From Octopus vulgaris (taxonomy: Eukaryota), in the NCBI GenBank assembly GCA_951406725.2, contig OX597824.1, forward strand, positions 63,984,001 to 64,048,000: DNA of 64,000 bases, in the 5' to 3' direction. The notes under the pieces are model-generated. The model saw nothing but the letters and a program-made list of their open reading frames with translations. It searched no databases and had not been told where the DNA came from. Position 1 is the first letter of the stretch; every line of letters begins with the position of its first letter. This document shows, piece after piece, positions 38,851 to 53,391 of this stretch. The position numbers and the translations under genes were made by a program.

Positions 38851-41274
38851 ACAGAATGTAAGAATTTCGTAGCTTACTACCCGTAGTTGGTCAATATTTG
38901 GTAATTTCTACATAAAGAAATTACTGCAGTCAATTTGAACAGAATTATCTGCGAATTGATATTTCCATATGAATTTCTATTCTCCCATTCTGTTTCTAGA
39001 ATACCAGTAAAGGTAAGAGAACTTTTAGCTCTTGAGCGCAACAAATTTATAAAGGAACATTTTATCTCATCGATCGTTGTATGACTTCACTCGACTGGAC
39101 CTAGGTACTTAACGATACTTTCACTCTAAAGGACCACAGCTTGATACGTAAACGGTATGTCAGCTTAACGATCATATATTCGTAGGAACATCTGCTCGTT
39201 GGTGTACTATTATTGGCACTGTATCTCGGACTAATTTATACTACTGTATCTCAAGGCTAATTTATACTACTTGGTTCAGTGAGTTCAATAGGAAATTATT
39301 AACAATTTCAAACCATTTAATTATTTTGTGTTAAAAACATAATTCAGAACTGTTAACTACGAAAAGTGAGTATAATCGTCAAAAATTCGTAAACTTCAAA
39401 ATAACAAGCTCAAATTCTTTATGGGACCTGCGGACAATAGGATCGCTGTTGGAATGCCTTTGATCATAGATCTGCTAAGAGAAAACAATTACCAATAGCA
39501 ACATAATAAGCAGAGCACATGTGAGGTTGTTTTATCAGCTAGAAATAGCAACAAGTCACTCGCGAATTACACTCGACCACATGGAAAGAGAAGCGATATA
39601 TTAGGTAATGTTATCCTTAGCGTATAAAAACGGCATGAACATGCCAGGAAAATCGTTGATTATGAGTCTGCCTAATGTAGAACAAAGGGTTCTACTCTGA
39701 AACGCGACGAATGCATACTGCTAATTCAAATATGAGATCACTGATAACGGAGTGAAATGTCCCATCCAAAAAGCCATTTTGCTTTAACAGATTCGTGATT
39801 CGTCAAAAGACGTTACCATGCCGCAATAAAACTACATCTCACGTGTTGATCAAAACGATTGCCATACCTACCTCAACAACATCACAATTTAAGATCGATG
39901 TAGACAGAAATCTTGCAGGTCATTGTCAAATAATCATTCGTAAAATTCCAAAATATCTCACAGCAAATTTACATCATCATATCTTATCTTTTATTTGTTT
40001 CAGTTATTGGACCTCGATACCGGTGTTAAGTCTGGCACTTATTCTATTGGTCTGATTTGCCGAACCACTAAGTTACGGAGACGTAAACAAACCAACACCT
40101 GTAGTCGAGCAAAAGGAAAACACACACACAATGGACGTCCATACAGCTACTGTCTACCAAATTCACTTGTTGGTCGTGGGGCCGTGAGATTGAACCCGAC
40201 ATCATGAGGCTGCAAAGCGAACATCTTAACCACGTGGTCATGCCTGCATCTATAAAATAAGTTATCCTTTACATTTTCTCTGTTGGCATCAAAGCATCTT
40301 TTCATGACCTCTACAAACTCTCTGATTTTAATGTATTAAAGTGGATTATCAGGGATAAATCTCTCTCTCTCTCTCATCCGACACGATGCCAGTCAAATAC
40401 AAGAAGGTAAATATCCCAACAATATCTGATGAATATACGTGTGCAGGATTAATTGTATAACCCAAATACTCAACGAAACGCCATCAATGGATTTCTTTAA
40501 GATTTATGATTTACAGGAAAATCGAAGACTTTATCCATTCGTCCATCTCCTCGGGGATGAGCTCTAATGGAGCAGACCTACGCTACTTTAATCTACCACT
40601 GTTCCTTCGTTCTTCAAGTCATTTTAGAAATCATAGTTAAAGCCATGCTAGAACAAATTTATTTTACTTGACCTAAGTAATTTTAGTTTGTATTGTTTTG
40701 ACAACAATATATTATATCTCCCATCTTTCAAATATTGTTCGTATAATACGTTGACACTGCACTACCTTCTGCCATTAATCTCTGTCTTGAATAAGCCGTT
40801 TCTGCTCAATCATTGTTTACACACACAAACAAAATTAATTGACCTACTAAGCCAACTTTTAGCCACAAACGATTTCCAACCATTTCCACTTTGACTACTA
40901 CATTTCTATCTCATTGAACTTTCTTACTATGAAGTAACAGCCCTCTCCTAAATCGTTAATATGTATCCTTTTTCCAAATACACTGCTAAACAATTTCTCA
41001 ATATGTATTTCTCCGAAATTCATCCCCTGACAATTCCGTCTTTGCCCAACATCAAACTATTTCACTTGACTTTATTCAACACAAATACAAACAACTTGTA
41101 TTTTTTACATCCTTTCTATATAGATACTGTAGGCACGCAATTTAAATCATGTTTAGCAACAGTCTCCAGCTGCATACACCAGTTTATTTAGACACACACC
41201 TATATCTCTGATCGACAAGCTGATACTATAAACAACCTTAAGATCTTTCTCTTCATCAAACCCATCCTTTACTC

Positions 41275-41623
41275 CAATAGGTTCTCAACTAGCGTCCATA
41301 TGGCCTCTGAGGATCCATATAAGATTTTTGGGGTCCACGTAACAAAAAATAGTAAACTGAGGTCCACAATTGTATTGCAAGAAACCCTGAAAAAACTTGC
41401 TTTAGACATATGTATTGGCCTGTATTACAAGAAACAGCAAGGTTTCTTTCTCTAATTTTTTACACAATACAACCCACACGAGTTAATATGTGAAAAACAA
41501 AATAGGAATTTTAAAAGAAGTTTGTACAAAACTAATTTTTAAACATAGAATGACTATGGGGGTCCGCCAGAATAAAATAGTAATCAAAGGGATCCATAGA
41601 TAAAAAATAGTTGAGAACCCCTT
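41275..41623. mobile_element. hAT (Charlie-like) MITE
   Basis: TIRs ggttctcaact / agttgagaacc with 8-bp TSD ctttactc / ctttaccc. Confidence 0.75.
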
Positions 41624-42652
41624 CTTTACCCAGACAACAGCATATCTGCATCCACAGGACCGTTCTATCACTGCCTAATCAAGGCACACAAAGACACTGC
41701 CACCACCTGAAACTTCTTGTACTTTAAGTGAGCTAACTGGGCAGAACTCCACCAATTTTAAACCAACTATCCATGATACAAAATATACTGCAACTCCAAC
41801 ATATGAGTCAAGTGATGAGGAAAACAGTTCTTGTGAGTATGTCACTATACATCACTCTGACAACTAAAGCTCATAGCCATAAACAAACTACTAGGCTATT
41901 CGGAGCCACATTCAAGCAGTAGAGAAAAAAAAATTCAACAACCTCTGTCAAAAATCACCAACCACCACCAACTAAGAGCATTTTACTTACCAACATAATT
42001 CCTGCAAGACTGTCATCAGAAGAGTAAAGAAATCGTTCATATATTCCACTGCCACCAAAGTCTCTGATCTCACAAATTTCAGCAATTTTCTGATTCTTTA
42101 TTATGAGAAAGCTTTGTCAGCTTTACAGGATCATTCTATCAGATACTCCTTAATCAAGACTGTTGTTAACAGCATTTTCACAAAAAAAAAAAGCTTCCAT
42201 ATTTGCTGTTCATGCCACCTCCCAGTCTATATTCTTCTTCTTCTTCTTCTGTGTTTATCTCCACACCACTTGCTTCTCCATCACAAAAGCAGAAAATTCC
42301 TCCAATCATTCCAACAAAATGATCATTCTCAAACAGAAATACTTAAATAATTATCTCTTTCATTGACTCGAACCATCCACCCCTTTTAATCTTTCATCCT
42401 TGCACTCTTTCCTCTCTTATTGACCATCAGAACAGCTTTGTAGATCCAGATTTGTTGGAGATTTGCTTCCCATTGTCACTCATCTGTAGTTACTTACCTT
42501 CAAAATCTTGGATGAAAGCCCTGTTTGTTGCACTGACTGTGTTTAGGACAACAACCTCCCAGCTATGTTGTTTTACTTGACTTTTAATTTCTCGAATTGT
42601 AATCTTCCAGTTAGATTTCTCACCACCATCTTCCAATAGTATGTACCAATGA

Positions 42653-42719
<67 letters not shown>

Positions 42720-43431
42720 CTACATTTTATCAACTTTCTACTGTACCACGATACCATACTTTCTTTTCTTCATTAAAAACTTTCTTGACACCATATATAT
42801 TTCTTGACACCATATATATATTTCTATGCAGTTTAAACAAAATTTCACTCACACATAACCTTCTACATTCTACAAACATCCACTCATGAACTAAACGGTT
42901 TACACCAGTCCCACACTTTCCCCATGATAATGACATCATGTCAATATCATCTTTGAATGATCTTAATACAAACATTTAAACTTTCAACAGCATAATGACG
43001 CAGCTTTCTGTTTTAATACATTAAATTTAAGGAGTTTGATATGTTGATTGCCAGAAAGGATAATGGCTCTTTGGGGACCTTACTGCAACATCATTACATC
43101 TATGGAATTCCACATGATTCCAGCTCTAATCCCTTCTATATGTGATTAGCCACAAACATTACACTTCTTCCAAATAAATATTGGTTTCAAATTTCAAGGA
43201 TGAGGTACTTATTTTATCAACCCCAAAAGCATGAAAGGCAAAGTCAACATCACCAGAATTTGAACTCAGAACGTAAAGACAGACAAAATGCTGCTAAGCA
43301 TTTTCCCCAGCATGCTAACAATTTTGATAGCTTGCAGTCTTCTTCCAAATAAATGAAAATAAAGGAATTCTCTATTTCCTTTCAGGAACCTCACTTTTAG
43401 GAACTTGCTTAACTTGTACATTATATTTGCT

Positions 43432-43840
43432 TTATACTCTTTACTCTTTTACTTGTTTCAGTCATTTGACTGTGGCCATGCTGGAGCACCACCTTTAGTC
43501 GAGCAAATCAACCCCGAGACTTATCCTTTGTAAGCCCAGTACTTATTCTATCGGTCTCTTTTGCTGAACCGCTAAGTGACGGGAACGTAAACACACCAGT
43601 ATCGGTTGTCAAGCAATGCTAGGTAGACAAACACAGACACACAAACACATACACACACATACATATATATATATATACATATATACGACAGGTTTCTTTC
43701 AGTTTCCGTCTACCAAATCCACTCACAAGACATTGGTCGGCCTGGGGCTATAGCAGAAGACACTTGCCCAAGATGCCACGCAGTGGGACTGAACCCGGAA
43801 CCATGTGGTTGGTTAGCAAGCTACTTACCACACAGCCGCT
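43432..43840 (-). mobile_element. Family A SINE, full length
   Basis: Reverse complement of the 17297 copy. Confidence 0.88.
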
Positions 43841-44633
43841 TATATTTATTTTTTTATAGTAACATTTGAAGAATAAAGAAAGAATTTAAAGGAATTTTGG
43901 GAAAATGTTCACTAAATTTTTTTCATTTTTTTTTTGGTGGGGGGGATTACCTTGACTTACTTTGAGAGATACAGATACACTATGTATATGTATATATGCA
44001 CATTGCATATATATGTATATACATAACATACATGTGTGTGTGTATATTGATACATATAGGCATATGTATACACACTATCTAATGAACAAAAAGGTGTAAC
44101 TTAGTAATTTTAATAATGGATCAGATTCTACTGAATATCACTTGACTCTTTGCAACAAGTACTTTCCTCACATGTTTGTGTATGCAAACATTCATTCAAT
44201 CCTTTAGTGTGTGTGTGTGTTGTTTGTCAACATCAGCATCATGGTCATAAGTAATTGTAATAATAATAATAATAAATTGCAGCAAAAAAATAATTAATGA
44301 TGTTAGTATACACTTCAACAAAGTTAATACAAAGGTGAAACAAAAATAAACCAAAAAAAAAAGGAGGAAAGCATAAGCTGTTGCCATTAAAATGGGGAAG
44401 GTTGTATTAGATGTTAAATTTTACATGGAAAGGTGTTAGAAAAATTTTAATGAAATAAAAATTTTCTTCAATATTTTTGCACAATAAGAAGTTTGCTTCT
44501 CAATCACAAGGTTTTATATTCAGTCCCACAGTATGGCACCTTGGGCAAATTTCTTCTACTTAGCCCTGACCTGACTTTGGTGGATTAGAGAAACTCTGTG
44601 TGTGTGCATATGTACATATATATATATATAAAA

Positions 44634-45480
44634 CTAGCAGCAAAACCCCGTCATCGATCAGGTAATTACTTTTACTGTTTATCGGGAGCCACATTGAACC
44701 TGTATGTGTGTAGTTTTAGAAGAGAAAACTATGTAATAATTGAAATAGAAATAAAGATCAATATCATACATGAACTTGTATTTGTTTATGATATGACAAT
44801 AATAAGTGAGTTGTATGTGCTATTTTATTTATCAAGCATTCCACAGATGTTCAGTTTCTTTGTCACTGATCTTGCAAGGCATGCAAGTATCACATCATCG
44901 TTTTCTGATGCACATTGTGCATTTGTTTGGTGTTTGTTTTGTGCATTTGTTTGGTGTTTGTATTTTTTTATGAGACATTTTTTTGATAATAAATATCAGT
45001 AAGTAATAGTGAAATGAAATTTGGACACTATATTACAGTAATGCAAGGAAAATAGGAATATCATATAGAAGAATAGCTTAAGGGAATGAGAAATGCTTTT
45101 GATAAGGAATATCAGTAAGTTGCAATGAAAGTACAAATGATGTGGGAATATCAGAAAATAATAGTGAAATGAATTAACAAATGCTGAATGGTGTCAATGT
45201 TTTTGACAGGATTGTAGGGCAAGGCATTGTGTGGTTGCCTTTTCATTGGTGTGTGGATGATTTTCGTTTCGCTGTGAATTTGTGTCTGTGTGCATATGGC
45301 TTCACTGTCAGACGGTCTCTGCTTATGTGAAAGAGATTTGTATACTTATAACTAAACAGGGACACCTGTGCAGAGCTAATCCAAAGTGAAATTAGGCACA
45401 CAGTCATACATGCACATACACATGCACACACACACACACATACACAGACAGATAGATAGATATACATATATATCCATAGA
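44634..45480 (-). mobile_element. Possible Helitron-like element
   Basis: Begins a|ctagcagcaaaaccccgtcatcgatcaggt, the reverse complement of a hairpin plus CTAG end like that at 7568-7595. Confidence 0.3.
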
Positions 45481-46314
45481 TAAATTAAATATAGAGATAT
45501 ACTATTGACAATCAATAATTTATTTATATTACAATATTACATTAAATACATAACATAATATTATAAAACATAAATAATTACAAAAACCATAAAAGACGAA
45601 ATTCCATGTAAATTTCATCTTTTTCTAGACTATGACCCTGAAGTGACTTTATATATAATGGAACTGTGGTTATGTATATCGGAAAAAATATATATAAGTT
45701 GAAACAATTTGTTGGCCTTTTATGGTTTTTGTAATTATTTATGTTATATAATATTATGTTTGTAGTATTTAATGTAATATTGTAATATAAATAAATCATT
45801 GGATTGTCAATAGGATATATCTATATTTAATTTATCTTTATAATTGAATTATACCAATATTTATATGGTATCCAACTGACATACCAGTGAATTGGATGTT
45901 TAACACACCCTTTTGAAGGATTTCTTTTCCTCAGTTTGTTACTTTACATATATATATATATATATATATATGTACATTTGTGCAGGTGCATGTATATGTA
46001 CATTACTTTTAAAGTTGTAAACTTCTGTAGAAAGTCATTGAGTCATTGACCTAACATGCCTTGGGTTTCCTGTTTCACTGATATTTTCTACTTCAAAATA
46101 TATAAATGCACACATGAGTATAAATAAATGCATATCATAGATGCACCTCTCAAATGTGAGAGGTGCATACATACATTACAACCATTAATGTGTGTATCTA
46201 TATGTATATATATATATATATACATGACAAATGAAACAGTAGTAAAGCAAAAGGCATCCAGTATCACTGCTGTAAAACTTGGAAAAGCCATTCAATATGC
46301 ACATATAATGAAAT

Positions 46315-46346
<32 letters not shown>

Positions 46347-48029
46347 TATATGTCCAACCCATGCTAGTATGGAAAACAGACGCTAAACGATGATGATGAT
46401 GATGATGATGATGATATATATATATAGAGAGAGGGAGAGAGCATGTGTATGTGAGCATGGAAAGCAGCTGTAGAATGATAACAAAGCATGCATACACATA
46501 TGGATGTATGTATGCAGTTTATTAATCCATGTGTGCGTTTGAGAGAGAGAGAGCACGAGAGTACTTTTTATCTGTATTAATACTAAGCTGTATTGATAGA
46601 ATGCAAAAGAGAAAAACACATTACAAAGGTAGGGAAATGTTTAAACATTAATAGGCAGAAAATAAGTTTAAAAGTTAAACAATAGTTATCAAAGAGAGTG
46701 AATTCTATAGGAAAGTATATGCTGCTGCTGCTGCTACAATAATTCTGAATTTGCAATATAAGCATTTTTTAGCTTCGTGATAGGGAAAACAAATGCAAAT
46801 GGTGCTGATGATGATGATGGTGATGGTGGTGGTGGTGGTGGTGGTGGTGGTGGTTTTGGTGGTGATAGTGATGGCTGCAACAGCAACAATGATGTCAATA
46901 GCAGTGGTAATGACAGTGATAATAATGATGATGATCATCATCATGATTGATATTAGTAACAATAGAAAAATAATGGTAGTGTTGATGGTGGTGGGGATAA
47001 TTATAGTGAGAAGTCAGGTGATCCAACAGTTCATTGTCCTCCCTTCACCCTGCCTCTTCTTGTTTATTGGTCCTCCCTCTTACATCCAATACATTTGTAG
47101 ATCAATCAATATGAAAGAACCACTGAAGGTGACAAGGTGGCAGGATCATTAGCAACCTGGCAAGATGCTTAGCAGCATTTCATATGTCTTTTCATTCTGA
47201 GTTCAAATTCCACTAAGATCAACTTTAACTTTCATCCTTTCAGGATCAACGAAATAAGTACCAGTTGATCAATGGGGTCAATGTAATCAACTTACCATCT
47301 CCCTTGAACTTGCTGGCCTAGTGCCAAAATTTGAAACCAATGGTTGGATTTGAACCCAGTACTGCAAGTTATCAAAACATTATAGATACAGTCCTCACCT
47401 ATGATTATGCTACACTGACTGAACTTGGAATATTTAAATTATTTGACCCAAAGAAAAAAATTGGAGGCATACATCAACCCCAATACCTGACTTTTACTTA
47501 TTTTATTAACCCCAAAATACAGGTGGAATTGACCATTGTGGGAGTTGAACTCATAATGCAATGACCATTATTTAGTATTTCACATCAAAACTTTATCAAA
47601 GACGCCCTCAATAGTTTCAATATCTTTTATCTTTTACTTGTTTCAGTCATTTGACTGTAGCTATGCTGGGGCACCACCTTAAAGGGTTTTTTAGTCAAAC
47701 AACTCCACCTCCAGGACATATTATTCTTTAAGCCTAGTACTTATTCTGTTGGTGTCTTTTGCTGAACTGCTAAGTTCCAGGGACATGAACACACCAAATT
47801 CAGTTGTCAAGCAGTAGTGAGAGGACACAGACACAAAGGCACAACACACACATGGGTTAGGTGAGACGATTTGACTGAAACTGGTAAGCTGGAGAACTGC
47901 ATCAGATCCAATGCCAAATCAGACTGGAATCTGGTGCAGCTGCACAGCTTATCAGTTTCAGTCAAACTGTCTAACCTATGCCAGCATGGAAAGCAGATGT
48001 TAAATGATGGTATTGATGATGTTGTGATG

Positions 48030-48064
<35 letters not shown>

Positions 48065-48091
48065 TACGTCCATACATACATGATGACTCTC

Positions 48092-48395
48092 CGTGATCAC
48101 CATGACCGACCAGGCTATCAGATGTTGCTACACATCGCTGGTCACAATGCACTTTGCATTGTTTTAGCCTTCAAATGATGCCACCCTGCTGGCTAAGTGA
48201 GCAGGCCAACAGAAGAAAGAGTGAGAGAAAGTTGTGGCGAAAGAGTACACCAGGGATCGCCACCACCCCCTGCCAAAGCCTCATGGAACTTTGGGTGTTT
48301 TCGCTCAATAAACACTCACAATGCCCAGTCTGGGAATCGAAACCACGATCCTACGACTGCGAGTCCGCTACCCTAACCACTGGGCCATTCCGCTT

Positions 48396-48396
<1 letters not shown>
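48092..48396 (-). mobile_element. Family B SINE with RTE-type tail
   Basis: Same head and body; tail aligns to the RTE 3' end at 25083-25145. Confidence 0.8.
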
Positions 48397-48433
<37 letters not shown>

Positions 48434-48871
48434 GATGGGCATTTAGCTTTACTCATCATCCACTTATATATTTTGTATAATTTCTCCATTATATATATAT
48501 ATATATATATACATGCACACATACATATTATCCTAATCAAATAAAATGTATTATACAAAATTATTGTCAGTAATGCTTACTAGGTGAAATAAGTAATCAT
48601 CTAGAGTGCTAAAATTGTGGGGGAACCACAAATTTTTAACAATTGAGACAAAATGTCAGAATACATTACAAAGATGAACATTCAAAGTACAGAGAGCTGT
48701 TGATCTTTTTCCCAGAACAGAGGAGAGATGATAAGGTTGAGTCGGTGGCTTGGAGTGACGAGAGTGTTATGTGATGTTATTGGCTGTCACATTGTTTAAT
48801 GTGAAACGTCTCGCAATTTGCCAGGTAACAGATTTACTTGGTGTACGTCTAATCATAAAACTGAGAATTTC

Positions 48872-49285
48872 TTTTTATCTTTTACTTTTTTACTTGTTTT
48901 AGTCATTGGATTGCAACCATGCTGGGGCACTGCCTTGAAGAATTTTTTGTTAAATGAATCAACCCTAGTACTTATTATTTTTTTTTTTTTTAGCCTGGTA
49001 TTTATTCTATAGGTCTCTTTTCCTGAACTGCTAAGTTATAAGGACATAAACACACCAATACCAGTTGTCGAACAGTAGTGGGGAACAAACACAGAAACAA
49101 AGACATGCACACAGACACACACACAAGCTTCTTTTAGTTTCCACCAACCAAATCCACTCACAAGGCTTTTGGTTGATCTGAGGCTATAGCAGAAGACACT
49201 TGCACAAGGTACCACATGGTGGGACTGAACCCAGAACCATGTGGTTAGTAAGCAAGATTCTTACCACAAAGCCACACCTGCACCT
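48872..49285 (-). mobile_element. Family A SINE, CpG-decayed
   Basis: Colinear with 43432-43840. Confidence 0.8.
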
Positions 49286-49546
49286 ACTGTTCAGAAATTA
49301 TGATTCTTTTGACTGCATTTTTCAGCCAGTTTTAAGACAGTTGGTTAGAAGAAATGTAGAAAAAATTGAAATGAGTGTGTGGTTAAGAAGCCCACTATGC
49401 AACCATATGATTGGAAAAGTCTCTTCTCGTTTAACCCTGCCTTGGGAATGATTAAAAGCCATACAGACTCGTTTGGGATTGCAGTGAAAGCAAACTGTAA
49501 AAAATGTGGTTAGTAGTAACAGTAACAATAGTAGTAGCAGCAGCAC

Positions 49547-49584
<38 letters not shown>

Positions 49585-50995
49585 TATGAACAACAAGAAC
49601 ATATTCAAGTTGTGCTTTAGATTTTTTATTGAACTACATCATATTTAGACCCAGAAGGACACTCCTCTTTACAAGCTCCCTCCTACCCTATTACGCCCCC
49701 CCACACACACACACACACGCACACATACTCACACAAACGTGACAACTCTAAATGACCACTTTCTGCTAGTTGCCTAATCTTACTTTTAACTCTTACATGA
49801 AAGAAGAAATGAGGCGGGGTGGTGGGGTGACCAGCAAAAGAATGTGATGTAAGGTGATGAAGGAAAAAAGTAGAAGAGAAAGAAAGAAAGAAAAACAAAA
49901 TGCCAAAGTCTGGAAGTACAGGAAGGAAGGAAAGTGGCACTTTGTTTTATGGACTCCAGGAGGATGAAAAGCTATGTCAAGTCCTGAGTGATTTGAACTC
50001 TTGAACATAATGGGAACCAGATGCTCTACCAGATCTGCCAACGAAAGACTTATAAAAGTTTAAAAAGAAAACAATTTTAATAATGAAAAGTAACTGAAAT
50101 GTAATTTTTTTAAAAATCAGTTTATTGTTGATAATGTTGGCTCTGATGGTTACAGTGATGATAGTAATGATGATGATGATGATGATGATGATGATGGTGA
50201 TTATGACATTGATGACAATGTCAAATACAGATGACAATGACGACGATGACAGCTGCCCTCACCCCCACCTCAATACCACACTTTGCTACATCTCTGCTTC
50301 ATCCTCCTATGTATTAATTTCAGGTTGCAGAGTATCTGGGACTACATTAGCCAATATATCTTTTAAGGGTCTATGAAATAGGGATTCAATCAGATTACCG
50401 ACCTGGAACCTAGAATCCAGAACCCAGACAGCTAAAGAAGAGTTTGAAAAATACAAGAAAGCACCCTGTGAACCTCTGATGGAAAGAAGAGGTTCCTTAT
50501 ATCCTCAGGTGGGGCCCAAAAGTAGCCCTATTCCACCTTGCAAACAAGGAGACCTTGCATATTTCCATCATTAAAGGTGTTAGCTTGTGATTTGAGCAAG
50601 ATTTGGCTGCTATTTCTAGCAAATTATGTGGCCTTAGTAGATCAGTTCTTTTGTTTTAGTCCCTTTCTTTCCTGATAAGGTTTAGGTTTCAAACAGACAA
50701 AATTGGCAACACTCAATTTTATAAGTGACCCTCATAAATATTTCAATGATCCCAGGTGATAAAAACCGTCAAATTTGATAATAGTATTTGATACTACATA
50801 TTATTATTCTTTCCTAGTGCTTATTCAATTCCATCACAGGCACCACCTAGGCACAGATCCAACATGTTTCAATGATGTAACAGGTATCTATCCAATCCAC
50901 ACAGAGTGGAGATTTGGACAACAAAATGAAAATATTGAAAGTGAGAAGTACAAAGTGTATTTATGATTGATAATATGAAAACCAAGAATATTCTA

Positions 50996-51866
50996 CAAGG
51001 TGGTATCAAAAGGTTCCCAGATTCGTTATGTTTAATAAAAAATAACTTATTTACTTAAGTTTTAACATAATTTCCTTTGAGATAGTCACCTTGTGCAACA
51101 ATACACCAGTCCCAATGTTCCTGCCACTTTTGGAATCCATCCTGAAAGTTGTTTTCTATAAGCAAGTCAAGGACCTTCTATGATTCATTCTCAACAATGG
51201 TGTTGAAATGGCAACCTTTGAGCTGTATTTTCATCTTGGGGAAGAGATGGAAGCCTATGGGTGCTAAATCTGGTGTATAGAGCAGGTGTGGAAGCAATAC
51301 CGTGTTGTTTTTGGTGACAAACTCATCTGTGAAGAAAGCTTGATGACAGGTGCATTGTTGTTGTGAAGAAGCCAATTCTTTGCAATCCACAGATCCAGTC
51401 ACTTTTGCCCTCAATTGATGGTATAGCCCTGGGGGACAAATTCTTGATGCACAATACCACATTTTCAGGGTTGACACTCATGACAGGTCTTCCAGATCAC
51501 TCATCATCTTCCAGGAATATTCTTTATCTTTTGAAGCACCTGTACCACACAAAACATTGCATACAACCCATTGCCTCATTGCCGTAAGCTTGCCAAAGTA
51601 TGCGCAATGTCTCTGTAGCTGATTTCCTGAGTTTAACACAAAATTTCATGTTGGCTTTTTGTTCCTGTCCATGACAAAATTGCAGACTACAGCATACCAA
51701 TGATCACAAAAACACAAATTTCACAACTTGTGAAGTAAACACAGCAATATCACTTGGAACACTGCTTCATGAAGGTTACTTCTAGCTCTCACTGCACACA
51801 CAACCATGTGCTGTCATCTGTTGGTATGCTACGGAACTAGTCTGGGAACTTTTTGATATCACCTTG
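50996..51866 (-). mobile_element. Internally deleted mariner element
   Basis: TIRs ta|caaggtggtatcaaaaggttcccaga and tctgggaactttttgatatcaccttg|ta; LPHLLYTPDLAPIGFHLFPKMK..LKG. Confidence 0.88.
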
Positions 51867-52464
51867 TACTTTTGTTTCTATCAAAATATAAAGACATAGT
51901 GAAAAGTGCAAACTATACTTATTGTTTCAGAATGAAAAAAGAATAGATTTTTTCCCTATCATAACAGTGAGATGTTGTGAGTGAGAGGTACAAACTATCT
52001 TGACCAAATATAGTACTAAAGACTGATTAACCAGTTAACTTCATCTGAAACAGAATAGTCATGAGATTAGTACACTAACCACTATCATCATAGCTATAAG
52101 CTTTCGAACTTATTAAGCTTTGCATACTCCCATTTGACTGACAGTGTAACAGCAAACTGTAGGATAGTATATTTCTGATGAAAGTACAGGAATACTTGAA
52201 ATGGTCCCTAATTTAAGCTTAATGACAAACATTTATGTCAGTCTTATTTATCTAGTAAACATGTTTTACGCACAAATGCAGTATCAGCTAAAACTTTTGA
52301 GTATAGTCCACAGTAAAGCTCCGTATGTAAAATAAACACTGCTAGCATAACATTTACTTAAAAGAAGAAAAATGCTTCACTCCAAAACTTCTTGGAGAGT
52401 TAATGTAAAAAAGATATCAACTATTGAAGCCCATGAATTTAAGAGCTGAAATGTCAGATATGTT

Positions 52465-52526
<62 letters not shown>

Positions 52527-53349
52527 CTTATATGTATGTATAAACAACTTTCAATTTGTCTCAGATATATGTGTGTATGTTTATATATATATGCATATGT
52601 TTATGTATACACATACACAATTTCTTTCCTGTTTCATTCACAAGGCTTGGTCAGCATGAATCTACAGAAGCCAAAACTATGTGTTTATGAAATGAAATTC
52701 ATTACCTCATAACTATGCCCGATAAATAAGAAAATTATAATCGTAAGCCCTGAATATGTAATTTTGTTCCTTATTTTTTTCTCTCCTATGTCCAACCCAT
52801 GCTAGCATGGAAAGCGGACGTTAAACGATGATGATGATGATGATGATGGTTTTGTTTCCTTCTCTTTGCATATTATTATAAATCAAAACCACAGATGATT
52901 TGGTCAACAGGTTATGAGCATTCAGCTGAACAATTGACAGCTTATACTTTGTCCTTGGTGTTGTAATATTTCCATAGTCAAAATAACAAACTCTTTGGAA
53001 TCCTAAATGGAATTTAATATTTCAAAGCTTTATAGTTCACAGCTGTAAGCAACAGTATAAGCACTGTAAGAAACTAAAGACAGATTTTCCTTGCTTAACA
53101 GTGTTCACATACTTTCCTTATATTTATATTATGCCTTTCTTCAGAAGAAGGAGTACAATGCCACCATGCCATGGGTTAATGACCTATCAACCACACAAAA
53201 TAAATGCGCACACACACAGGTGCTACAGAAAGCAATGATACCCAAAAAAAGGTCAGGCCAGAGGTGAGCCTCCTATTGTTTGGTGAATGAATAATAATAA
53301 TGCTGCTAATGATGATGATCATCATCATTTTCTCTCTCTCTCTCTCTCC

Positions 53350-53391
<42 letters not shown>

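Noticed and set aside
42498-42655. Open frame ending at a strong GAAG|gtaagt donor (minus strand)
   Set aside because: No acceptor or ATG; the frame runs into a (GA)n repeat and the peptide is unrecognisable.
49793-50041. ORF with a good acceptor (ttcgttggcag|ATCTGG) as a host exon
   Set aside because: The sequence is a decayed family C SINE (gagttcaaat..gac.tagcttttcatcc).
53146-53263. Plus-strand AG...GT-bounded open frame (KKEYNATMPW...)
   Set aside because: Isolated, includes a CA repeat, and has no partner exons or homology.
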